Source: a virus. Taken from it: 64,000 nt of DNA. Of the stretch, positions 53,245 through 62,287 are shown one piece after another (the stretch's first letter is position 1; every line of letters starts with the position of its first letter). The notes under the pieces were generated by a model. It was given only the letters and a program-made list of their open reading frames with translations, was not told the DNA's origin and ran no database searches. The stretch spans positions 1 to 64,000 of IMG/VR virus record IMGVR_UViG_3300025517_000001; one strand, written 5' to 3'. The translations under genes and the position numbers were made by a program.

Positions 53245-54312
53245 ATGGCACACGCCACCACCAAGAACAAAAAAATGATTATCAAAGGTGCGGGCAAGTT
53301 CATGGCTAAGATTCCCGGCTGTGACGAACTTATCACACTAGGAACCCTGAACTCCATGCGCCTTGACATCCAATTGGATATGCAGGACATCGAGGGCGGC
53401 GACTCTTCCGTACCTCTGGATACTCTACTGCGTAAGAAGACTATCGACATTACTGTCGAGGACGCCAAGTTTGACCTGAACATGGTTCGTCTAGTGCTTG
53501 GTTCCAAACTGCGCGAAGGTGTAACTGGTGCCACTTACAAAATTGTAACCGAGACTGCCGTACTGCCTGCTTCTGCACCGTTCACTGTAAGCCTGTCGCA
53601 GGAATCTATCGCTAGTCCGGCTCCGGTCGTTCGTTTGAACAACGCCGCAGGCGTAGAGTTGCCGTCTACGCATAGTGTAGCCAACAACGAGGTTACTGTT
53701 ACTAGTGGTGTAACGGGCGGCGAGACCGTGTTTATCTCCTACGCAGTGGCGGCTGTGGCAGACAAAGACGGTTACGTATGGGTTCTGGAAGAGAAGCATA
53801 CCGTTAAGAACGGTAAAATCACTCTTGGCTTCGGTAGCTCCTTGTTCGAGGAAGACGGTGACAAAACCCGTCACATCTCTATCCGCACGCTCAAGGATAA
53901 CAAACCGCTGAAACGTACTACTGGCGGCTCCCCTGCCGAGCATGAGTATGTTGTTAACCCGAACACTGGCGAGATCACGTTCAACTCTCACATGGAGAAT
54001 ACTGACGTTTACGTCAACTACAAACGCACTGAAGTCGTTGACGTTCTGGACATTGCTACACGTGATTTCCCGCTTACGGTCAGCATTGTACATGACGGTC
54101 AGTTTGAGCAAAAAGACGGTTCTCTGCAAGGCTATCAAACCGAACTGTACGCTTGCCGCGTGAAGTCTAACTTCACTCTGGATGCGGCCCGTCAACAAGC
54201 GTCCACTCACAGTGTGACACTGACGGTTATCGACCCAGAGCGCCCGGACGGACGGCTTGGTACGATGAAGCGTTACGAAGTACCGAATCAAAACCTGTCC
54301 GACCTCTGCTAA
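53245..54312 (+). CDS. major tail (tube) protein
   Basis: 355 aa, directly upstream of the frameshifted chaperone pair and tape measure; followed by two terminator hairpins. Confidence 0.55.
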   Translation: MAHATTKNKKMIIKGAGKFMAKIPGCDELITLGTLNSMRLDIQLDMQDIEGGDSSVPLDTLLRKKTIDITVEDAKFDLNMVRLVLGSKLREGVTGATYKIVTETAVLPASAPFTVSLSQESIASPAPVVRLNNAAGVELPSTHSVANNEVTVTSGVTGGETVFISYAVAAVADKDGYVWVLEEKHTVKNGKITLGFGSSLFEEDGDKTRHISIRTLKDNKPLKRTTGGSPAEHEYVVNPNTGEITFNSHMENTDVYVNYKRTEVVDVLDIATRDFPLTVSIVHDGQFEQKDGSLQGYQTELYACRVKSNFTLDAARQQASTHSVTLTVIDPERPDGRLGTMKRYEVPNQNLSDLC

Positions 54313-54316
54313 TGAG

Positions 54317-54340
54317 AGACTCCCTTCAGGGAGTCTTTTT
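54317..54340 (+). terminator. rho-independent terminator
   Basis: AGACTCCC-TTCA-GGGAGTCT followed by TTTTT. Confidence 0.75.
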
Positions 54341-54402
54341 ACATTTCCTTGTTCAGATTGTACGCCAACTTCTTATCATGTTCTATGACGATGAGTCGTC
54401 TT

Positions 54403-54439
54403 GGGTGTAAGTCTCCTTCCCCCTGCTTACACCCATTTT
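54403..54439 (+). terminator. second hairpin terminator/attenuator
   Basis: GGGTGTAAG-N13-CTTACACCC followed by ATTTTT. Confidence 0.5.
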
Positions 54440-54484
54440 TCTTAACCATTTAGGGGGAGGAAGTGAAAAGGGGGTTAAGTAAGA

Positions 54485-54931
54485 ATGAGTGAAGATCGTA
54501 ATATGGTCATTCCTAAGAATGGCGGCACTTCTGAGGAAAAGGATACTAAACAATCACAGGTTATGCAAGAGGAGCCTATCACGCAAGAGGAGTCCGAGTA
54601 TATCGAGAAGGTGTTCTTTGAGGACGACGAGGAAATCCGACTGCGGGACGGGCGTACGTATCGCATCCCTCCGTTGGGGTTGAAGGATGCACGCAAGCTG
54701 ATGAAGCTCATCAATAGCGTGGATTCTACATTCATTATTATGAACTTTATGGAAACGGATGAAGGGGAAGGAGACAAATACAATGAACTTATGGAACTCC
54801 TTCTCTTGGCATTCAAGCCTTACTACAAACATGTAGATGTCGATTATTTGGCTGAGTATGTTGATCTAGTGACGGCTAAGAAGATTATCGACATTATGAC
54901 CGGGTTGAATGGTCTAAAAAAGTTACTGTAA
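54485..54931 (+). CDS. tail assembly chaperone (gpG-like, frame 0 product)
   Basis: acidic 148-aa protein directly upstream of the tape measure gene; ends just after a slippery heptamer. Confidence 0.7.
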   Translation: MSEDRNMVIPKNGGTSEEKDTKQSQVMQEEPITQEESEYIEKVFFEDDEEIRLRDGRTYRIPPLGLKDARKLMKLINSVDSTFIIMNFMETDEGEGDKYNELMELLLLAFKPYYKHVDVDYLAEYVDLVTAKKIIDIMTGLNGLKKLL

Positions 54932-55275
54932 CCAACAAGAAGGAAGAGGAGGAGTACGACAAGCTACCTCCGATAGACTGGTCGAAAATCTTCTTCAAGT
55001 TGGCCCGTTACTGCAACCTTGACAAACATCAGGTCTGGGAGCTTACCTTGCCTCAGCTTAACTACTACCTGAAGCAGTGCAACGAGCACATCGACTTCAC
55101 TGTGAAAGTGTCCACAGGAGGACTTGCTTCCATGTTCGGTGGAGGGGTAGTTCCTAACGACGAAGGCAGTGTTCCTGAAGGGTTCACCGGAAAGACAAAA
55201 AATGGTGACGAGTATGAGGATGGCTACAAAGTAGCTAAAGCTGAAGACATGGAATGGCTCGCAGGCATACTGTAA
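54485..55275 (+). CDS. tail assembly chaperone, -1 frameshift fusion product (gpGT-like)
   Basis: a slip at A_AAA_AAG (54916-54922) joins frame 0 to the open -1 frame, which runs without stops to 55275 (includes ORF 55000..55275). Confidence 0.65.
54916..54922 (+). promoter_or_regulatory. programmed -1 ribosomal frameshift slippery site
   Basis: AAAAAAG in X_XXY_YYZ phase (cuA AAA AAG), 3 codons before the frame-0 stop. Confidence 0.65.
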
Positions 55276-55337
55276 CTCCTGTTCTGCTTCCTTTTAGGGA
55301 GGGAGCAGGAGTTTTACTTTATTAAGGCGGTGATAAC

Positions 55338-58300
55338 ATGCCGAATGAATTACCTAATCTTGGTGCCGATATTGTTCTGGAGTTTCAGCAATCCATTAAC
55401 AATATCCGCCTGTTCAAAGAGGCACTGGATGGACTGGATGCAAGGTTCGGTAGCCTTGAGAACAGAATCAATAGTATGAGGTCTACCATGAACTCCCTGT
55501 CCGAGCACGTATCTGGGGGAGGCGGCAGGAACCTCCGGGCGGAACTTGAGCGTCAACTGAACGACTTCCTCATGAGTAAAGGAATCGTTGTCTCTAAGAT
55601 AGGTAACTCTCCACTGAAGGTTGACGGCAATACGGTACGTTCCGTGTTTAATCGAGTAGAGGTTGAGATCAACAAAAAACTTGCGGAGGCATACAAAAAC
55701 ATTGTAATTCAGGTTGACCCTTCTCTACAAGTAGGTAAAGTTCCTATTGACCGTGATGATTTTGCAGAGGTTAATAAGGCAATCGCTAAACTGGTGCGCG
55801 TTCAGTTGAACAACCTTGTGGCGGCACTCCAGAAACACGGGGCAGGTCTCATTTCTGCACAAGACCTATCTACTATCCAATTGCAGATTGGTAAAAGCAC
55901 CGTCCAACAGATCATCAATAAAGTCAAGTCACACCTGAATGAGATTCTACTGAACCCTGTGATCGGCTCCGATGCGCGGTTGGAGTTTTCTAATCGCGAC
56001 TTGGATAGGGTCTTTAAGGCCATCCGTGACAGGGTGCGTGAATCCATTCAAAACACCGTGGAGCAAGTCAGCGTTCATCGTGACGCTTCCAACTTCGCGG
56101 ATAATATCAGACGCATGCATAGTGCGATTGATGAGTCCGCAAGCGATTACATCCGAAGCGTTACTCAAGGCATTAACTCCATTAGCGCCACAGACATGGC
56201 TCGACCACTTAATCAACTGTCTACGCAGTTGCGGCGGTTCATGGCAAAAGAGTTAGGTACTGATCTGGATACCTTTAACCGGATGTTTGCTCAGCAACAG
56301 TTCACCAACGCTGATGTAATGTCCGCCGAGTTTCGCCGTCAGTTCGCTCGTCTGGAGCAGGCACTGAACAGGAAGATCGGAGGCGGGTTGACCGACGAGG
56401 TAAAGGAGATCATCAAGCAGATTGACAGTGTACAGATCAGCTATTCCCCTAAACTCCGTTACCACCTCGTCCAAGAGATCAATCGCATTAATAATCAGAT
56501 TGTCAAAAAGATTCGTGAGCAGATTGACTTGCAATTCGCCAATATGCGGGCGGAGATCGACAGCGTAAGGGTTGCTCCAAAAGACATTAATCGTGCTCGT
56601 CGCATTCGTAGTTTAGGTCAAGTCGAGACTGAGGCTGCCTCTGTAGAGCGGCGTACCCGTCAGGAGCCGCTAACCTTAGCTAATGACCCTTATGCAAGAC
56701 GTGATGCTTACTTTAACAGCTTCGGTCTTGAGGGTGCTATCGTCAACACCATCCGCCACATCTTGGCAGGTTCTCTCGTAGGTGCTCCCATGATGATGGC
56801 TTACCAAGCTATCGAGACCTTTAAGACCTCTCAACTTGAGCAGTTGAAGATGTACTCCAACTTGTATTCCAAGGCGCAGTCCGAGTCTCAGGAGATGGCG
56901 GCGCGTGGGGACATGAGGACTCCTGCCGAGTATGCATCTCAAACGGTTAAGGAGATCATACCATTCGTCAGAGATGCGTCCGTGCACCACGCTATTGATT
57001 ATGGAACAATGTCTCAAGTGGCAAGCGTAGGTTCCCGTTTGCTCGATACCGCAACGGAGGTCAAAGCCTTTACGGACGTTGTAGGTAAAATCTACAACAT
57101 CGACCGCGAGGGTGACCCTGCGGAAACTATCGCTCCGGGACTTGAGGCATTCATGGGTCAGTTCGACATGGTGGTCGGTGAAATGGAAAGAAGGGTAGCC
57201 CTTCCTCTTGACGTTGCCACGAACTTGACGAACGCTACCACCGAAGCCGTTCTTAACGCTATTGCTCGTTCCGGCTCCATGTTCAAGGCGGCGGGCGTAA
57301 GCCCAGAAGACGCTATCGCTCTGGTAGCCACTTCCATCAAGCATACCGGGTTGACGGGTGAGAATATCGGTAACTTCTATAAGTCCATTCTCCCTCGACT
57401 GCAATCCGAGAGTGTGCTGAAGCAACTTGAACGAATTGGAATCGACGTGTACTACACGGACGACCAAGGAGTGGAAAGAGCACGTAACGCCATGCAGATT
57501 TTCAAAGACATTGCGGACAAGTATGGAATGCTCTCTGACCGAGATAGACGCAACCTCGACATGGCGCTGTTCGGCACCTACCAAGGTGCCAAAGGTCAAG
57601 CTACATTGAATGCTCTGTTTGAGGCGGTTAAGATTTCCGATACTATTGCGGCGGCACAGGCAGACCCCAACCTCACAGCTTTCTACGAAAAACTGACAGC
57701 AAATGCCATGACTCCTATCATGGAGATTGAGAGGGCGGGCAGCTCTGTAACGATGGCCCTGACCTCTGTACTGGAAGAACTCTCCCCAGAGATTGTAGAC
57801 ATCGCTAAAGGAATCCAGAACCTTGCCTCAAGCATCCACGAGCATAGAGAAGCTCTTGCAGGGTTCATCTCGTTCTTAGGGAACTCTGTACTTGGTTTGG
57901 CTACCTATTATGGTATTAGAAGAATAGGTACTGCCGCAGGAGTGGGGGCGGCAATTGACAGAGTGAAAACAATGGACAACCTATTCGGCAATCCGGGAGT
58001 ACTCGGTAAAGGCTCCACTCAGGGAGTTCTACAGAACTTCGCAGGACTAACGAATCCTTTGGCTATTGCTAACAACAACACTAACAGGGAGTTCATCAAG
58101 AGGGCACTCTCCAATGAAACCATTGCCCCTGCCATTAAGAGTCTTGCAGAAATGACTGACGCACAGGTGCGTACAATGCAGGCTTACATTAGAGATAATA
58201 ATATCCGTGTCAAGGATATGAAGGACCTTATCCTTGTAGCACAAGAGGCGCAGGGATACACACCTAAACGTCAACTGACAGACGATGAGCGTTGGGGAGG

Positions 58301-60572
58301 CTCTCAACGCACGGCAAGTAAGCTGTACGACACTGGCATGCAGGGTATTGACGAGAACTTTACTCGTCAGCTTGCTGATATGCTCAGAGATCGCGAGAAG
58401 TTCGATGAGCTAGGTAAAACCAAACAAGGCCGTAAAGTTACAGACTTCTTGGCGGGGCTTGACGAGAATGAACTGAAACGATTCCAAGCCCATGTAGAAG
58501 AACTGCATAGGTCTACTGGTAAGGTAGTTAATGATATGGGAAGCCTGACCCATGCCATTAACACCTACACTGGAGCCTTAGCTAAGAATAGAGAGGAACT
58601 TCGCAGGACAAACCCACAGCTTGTCTCCCTGAGCAACAGCATGGATAAAGTCGTCTCGTCCATGAATAGTCCGGGATTCCTGACAGGATTAAAGAACTTC
58701 GATACATTTATTGGAGGCATTGGACAAAAGGCCAGAGGAGCTATATCTGCTTTAGGTGGACTTGCTAGAACAATCGGAGGAATGGGTGCACAAATGCTCC
58801 TGTTCGCGGGTATCGGTGAGTTTGCATCTAGCTTGTCTTCACATGGACTGTACACCAAAGAGCAGAAGGAAATTGCGCGTTTGCAGAAGCAAATTCAAGA
58901 CATCAATGAATTTAAGAACTGGACCCAACAAGGAGGATTCAGTGCGGGATTGCAGGAGATTTGGAGGTCGGCGGTAGGCCTTTGGGACGGTATAACTTCC
59001 CCCACAAAAGACGAGTACACGGACCTCGATGAGTTATTTCAAGTAGGGCTAGACTTTACCAAGTTTTTAAACGAGAGGTATAAGGCTAATTTGCCGATGG
59101 ACGCAACTCCATTGGCCATGAGAGATAACATCCAGAACTACCTGCGAAAGATAAACGCAGATGTGGATAAAATCTTTGATGAGTTTATGAACTGGGGAGA
59201 CGAAAGTGTACAGAAAAACTTGAAAGAAGCACAAATGGCGGAGTACAGAAAAAGTTATGAAAAGCTCACTTTCGATGAGCAAGAGAGAAAGTCGTTGCAG
59301 GACCAACTTAACAGAAAGGTACAAGAGAGGATGCGTAAAGACTTAGAGGAAGGCTCCTTTAGGATTTACGACCTAGATACAGTCAAGCAGGACTTGGCGG
59401 ATAGAATCAAAGACATCAACGCTTCTTACCACGTTGAGCAGTTGAAGCTACTGTCTGACGGATACGCCTCCGATTCCGAACGTTTCATTGAATCTCGTAG
59501 AAGACAGTCTGAGGAAATCATCAAACTTTACAACGATGAATTGAATCTGATCGACGCCTTTATCAGTAAGCTGAGACAGAACATCGAGAAGATGCGCAGG
59601 GAAGGTGCTTCTGCCGAGGACATCCAGAAAGAGGAAGACCTGCTCAAACAATGGGAAGGCTATAAAGAGGATGCAGAGAAGGAGTTTAGGGCGGCGGCAC
59701 TGGAAGAACAACAGGCCATGCAACAACGTGAGTTTGAGGCCGCCATGTCTCGGATTAGCCGTGCCGCAAGTATCAACGAGAGCATGCGGGCGCGTCAGGA
59801 TGCAATCAACAGTGCAACAATGGATAGAAACAGCCGTGAGTACATCAACGCTTCTATCGGTATTTCTAGGTCTAGGATTGCCGATCTGAATACCCAGATC
59901 GAACAACTAAGAAGTGCGGCGGTCACCGGAGATCAGATGCAAGAGGTGGAGCAACAGATTGCACAGCTACAAGCTCAGATTGCACAAGAAAGAGTACGCA
60001 TCAGAGAACTGCAACTGTCCGGCATTGGACTCTACAGACAAGGGTTGAACGACAGACTGGCCGAGATGAGTAACGAGTACCTACAGGCAAGGGTAGATGC
60101 CGGAATGGTGGATGAGGATAGCCCGTTCCTGAGAAACTTGCGCATTCAGCAGTACGAGAAGCAGGTTGACATGTTCAACTCGATCATTGAAGACCTGCGG
60201 CGTCAGTTGTCGGGAACAAGCGACCCAGAAGCCATTACAAACATCCAACGCGAGATCAGGGACTTGCAACGTCAGTCCTTGCAGGCCCAGTTGGGTATCT
60301 TGCAGGAAATGAAGAACACGGGAGGCACGTTCAATCTCCCTGACAACGTAAGAGCCATGAGTTATTACGAGTATGTCACTCGAAATAACACCCACACGAC
60401 TTATACTGTTCAAGGGGGCGACACGCACATCACGGTCACCTTCCCGAACATCACTGATGGAACCTCTCTTGAGCGTGTTCGTCAGATTGGTAAGGCGTTT
60501 GGGGAAGGCTTACACGAAGGGAAGAACTTGCGTCTACAGAAGCAGGCTAATCCGTTCGGGTACAGAGGCTAA
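55338..60572 (+). CDS. tail tape measure protein (1744 aa)
   Basis: very long, helix/coiled-coil-rich with a hydrophobic central segment; canonical position. Confidence 0.85.
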   Translation: MPNELPNLGADIVLEFQQSINNIRLFKEALDGLDARFGSLENRINSMRSTMNSLSEHVSGGGGRNLRAELERQLNDFLMSKGIVVSKIGNSPLKVDGNTVRSVFNRVEVEINKKLAEAYKNIVIQVDPSLQVGKVPIDRDDFAEVNKAIAKLVRVQLNNLVAALQKHGAGLISAQDLSTIQLQIGKSTVQQIINKVKSHLNEILLNPVIGSDARLEFSNRDLDRVFKAIRDRVRESIQNTVEQVSVHRDASNFADNIRRMHSAIDESASDYIRSVTQGINSISATDMARPLNQLSTQLRRFMAKELGTDLDTFNRMFAQQQFTNADVMSAEFRRQFARLEQALNRKIGGGLTDEVKEIIKQIDSVQISYSPKLRYHLVQEINRINNQIVKKIREQIDLQFANMRAEIDSVRVAPKDINRARRIRSLGQVETEAASVERRTRQEPLTLANDPYARRDAYFNSFGLEGAIVNTIRHILAGSLVGAPMMMAYQAIETFKTSQLEQLKMYSNLYSKAQSESQEMAARGDMRTPAEYASQTVKEIIPFVRDASVHHAIDYGTMSQVASVGSRLLDTATEVKAFTDVVGKIYNIDREGDPAETIAPGLEAFMGQFDMVVGEMERRVALPLDVATNLTNATTEAVLNAIARSGSMFKAAGVSPEDAIALVATSIKHTGLTGENIGNFYKSILPRLQSESVLKQLERIGIDVYYTDDQGVERARNAMQIFKDIADKYGMLSDRDRRNLDMALFGTYQGAKGQATLNALFEAVKISDTIAAAQADPNLTAFYEKLTANAMTPIMEIERAGSSVTMALTSVLEELSPEIVDIAKGIQNLASSIHEHREALAGFISFLGNSVLGLATYYGIRRIGTAAGVGAAIDRVKTMDNLFGNPGVLGKGSTQGVLQNFAGLTNPLAIANNNTNREFIKRALSNETIAPAIKSLAEMTDAQVRTMQAYIRDNNIRVKDMKDLILVAQEAQGYTPKRQLTDDERWGGSQRTASKLYDTGMQGIDENFTRQLADMLRDREKFDELGKTKQGRKVTDFLAGLDENELKRFQAHVEELHRSTGKVVNDMGSLTHAINTYTGALAKNREELRRTNPQLVSLSNSMDKVVSSMNSPGFLTGLKNFDTFIGGIGQKARGAISALGGLARTIGGMGAQMLLFAGIGEFASSLSSHGLYTKEQKEIARLQKQIQDINEFKNWTQQGGFSAGLQEIWRSAVGLWDGITSPTKDEYTDLDELFQVGLDFTKFLNERYKANLPMDATPLAMRDNIQNYLRKINADVDKIFDEFMNWGDESVQKNLKEAQMAEYRKSYEKLTFDEQERKSLQDQLNRKVQERMRKDLEEGSFRIYDLDTVKQDLADRIKDINASYHVEQLKLLSDGYASDSERFIESRRRQSEEIIKLYNDELNLIDAFISKLRQNIEKMRREGASAEDIQKEEDLLKQWEGYKEDAEKEFRAAALEEQQAMQQREFEAAMSRISRAASINESMRARQDAINSATMDRNSREYINASIGISRSRIADLNTQIEQLRSAAVTGDQMQEVEQQIAQLQAQIAQERVRIRELQLSGIGLYRQGLNDRLAEMSNEYLQARVDAGMVDEDSPFLRNLRIQQYEKQVDMFNSIIEDLRRQLSGTSDPEAITNIQREIRDLQRQSLQAQLGILQEMKNTGGTFNLPDNVRAMSYYEYVTRNNTHTTYTVQGGDTHITVTFPNITDGTSLERVRQIGKAFGEGLHEGKNLRLQKQANPFGYRG

Positions 60573-60624
60573 CGTTAACGCCCCATCTTTTCAAGGTGGG
60601 GCTTCCTTTTTAAGGAGGTATACA

Positions 60625-61242
60625 ATGTCTCAGCAAAACACGTTTTACAGCGAAGATCACGTATATAAGCGTAGGCTGTTTTATGATAACGGGTTGCGGT
60701 TTGTTGAAGTGAAGGGGAGGATGGTCAATGATTACAAGCCACCGACCCCTGTTATGAAGTCACACGCAAACTCCGTCCTACAGTCCTCGGCGGGGCTTGT
60801 ACAAGGCGGTACAAGCCACTACCTCGTTACGGTAACCTTACTGTTCTACTCCAAAAAAGAGTTTGCAGACTGGATGCAGTTTATCGGGGCGGAGCATAAG
60901 TACTATGACGAGAAGGGCAGTATCTATGTCGGTGTAGTCAACGGAGAGCCTGACATCAAGACGGTAGAACAACAAACAAAGTACCTCGTCAGCGTGAACT
61001 TCCTGATGATTCGCAAACAGGAGTTTGAGTTCCGGCACCAGTCTCCGTTTATCGACACAGCAGGACATTGGGCGGAGCAATACATCAATGATATGCAGGC
61101 ACGAGGACTCATTACCGTTTATGACTACAACGGAGATGCTGTTCAATACTTCCGTCCAGAAGATCATCTCTTACGCTCCGAAGGGGCGGCGTTCCTTCTG
61201 AGGACATACCGTCTCATCGACAAACTTCTAAGGGGGCACTGA
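60625..61242 (+). CDS. distal tail protein candidate with C-terminal SLH-like module
   Basis: ATG 60625 behind AAGGAGG; C-terminus FIDTAGHWAEQYINDMQARGLITVYDYNGDAVQYFRPEDHLLRSEGAAFLLRTY fits the SLH pattern. Confidence 0.55.
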   Translation: MSQQNTFYSEDHVYKRRLFYDNGLRFVEVKGRMVNDYKPPTPVMKSHANSVLQSSAGLVQGGTSHYLVTVTLLFYSKKEFADWMQFIGAEHKYYDEKGSIYVGVVNGEPDIKTVEQQTKYLVSVNFLMIRKQEFEFRHQSPFIDTAGHWAEQYINDMQARGLITVYDYNGDAVQYFRPEDHLLRSEGAAFLLRTYRLIDKLLRGH

Positions 61243-61243
61243 T

Positions 61244-62281
61244 ATGCTTCAATGGATTGACGTAAGCCCATACGACTGGTTTTACCGTGACGTACTGGAT
61301 GCTTCTCGTCTCATTCTGGACCCCAATGACAATAAGACTCTATTTGAGAGTATCCCATACAACGCTTTCAAGCCGGGCAAGGAAAGGATTGTTAAGTCTT
61401 ATATCAGCACGGAGAACCAGATTGAGTTCCCGTTGCCGGGATATACACCTTCAGACGACAATCCCGTTTACTGTTACGTTGATGGGGTTCCCGTGCAGGT
61501 GGAGACGGACAAAGATAAGGTGTTCCTGCCTAACCCCATCTCGGCGGGCTTGGAAGTGATCGTAATAGCTATGGGGGAGCCTGCTTACCGTCAGGAAGGA
61601 TGTCAATACACGCCATACACGATTCACGATGGAGTGTATCCTTCTGTCGAGTTGAAAAACAAGGCGGAGTACGTATTCGACATCAACTTCCACCTGAATG
61701 AAGTAGCTACAGCATTGGGGCGGAAACTGAAACGTATTGACCTTGGCCTCTTTCCGGGACAGTCTGTGCAGGAGGCTATGAAGGAGAAGGTCGGATACAG
61801 GCGTAACATGTTTACCATTGTAAACGGTGTACTTTACACATCTTACGAGTTGTGGAATATTCCGATTACCGTGGAGTATAACTACCGTGGCCCGAATGGT
61901 CAGATTATGCACACTTCTGAAAAGGTTATCCCGACATCCCCTGCGGTGCGGTGGAACGATAGGTTCTTCCCCGACGTTACGTTACTGCGGGCTGAGTTCA
62001 TGTCCCTTCTGCAACGCATTAGGAAGAACCTCTACAACAGGTTCACAGACCGTGTGCACAAGCCGGTAATCAACAACGAACGGAACATAAAAGACATTCC
62101 GATGGATAAATGGTACTCTGAGGACTTGCTTGACATCCTGAATGAGAAGTACCTAGACGGGTGTTATGTGTTTCCTCTCTACGAGGATGGCACGTTCAAC
62201 CCAGAGGGATGTATCACGCGGGCGGAGGCCGTAACGTATCTCCACCGATTCATTGAGTGGGCACTGGAAAGGTTTAGGTGA
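61244..62281 (+). CDS. tail-associated protein with SLH-like modules
   Basis: C-terminus WYSEDLLDILNEKYLDG...FNPEGCITRAEAVTYLHRF (SLH-like); follows the Dit candidate. Confidence 0.5.
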   Translation: MLQWIDVSPYDWFYRDVLDASRLILDPNDNKTLFESIPYNAFKPGKERIVKSYISTENQIEFPLPGYTPSDDNPVYCYVDGVPVQVETDKDKVFLPNPISAGLEVIVIAMGEPAYRQEGCQYTPYTIHDGVYPSVELKNKAEYVFDINFHLNEVATALGRKLKRIDLGLFPGQSVQEAMKEKVGYRRNMFTIVNGVLYTSYELWNIPITVEYNYRGPNGQIMHTSEKVIPTSPAVRWNDRFFPDVTLLRAEFMSLLQRIRKNLYNRFTDRVHKPVINNERNIKDIPMDKWYSEDLLDILNEKYLDGCYVFPLYEDGTFNPEGCITRAEAVTYLHRFIEWALERFR

Positions 62282-62287
62282 TGACGT

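Noticed and set aside
53491-54291. 266-aa minus-strand ORF inside the major tail gene
   Set aside because: It is an antisense shadow ORF without an RBS.
56676-57599. 307-aa minus-strand ORF (and several shorter ones) inside the tape measure gene
   Set aside because: These are antisense shadows of a 1744-aa gene, with no translation signals.
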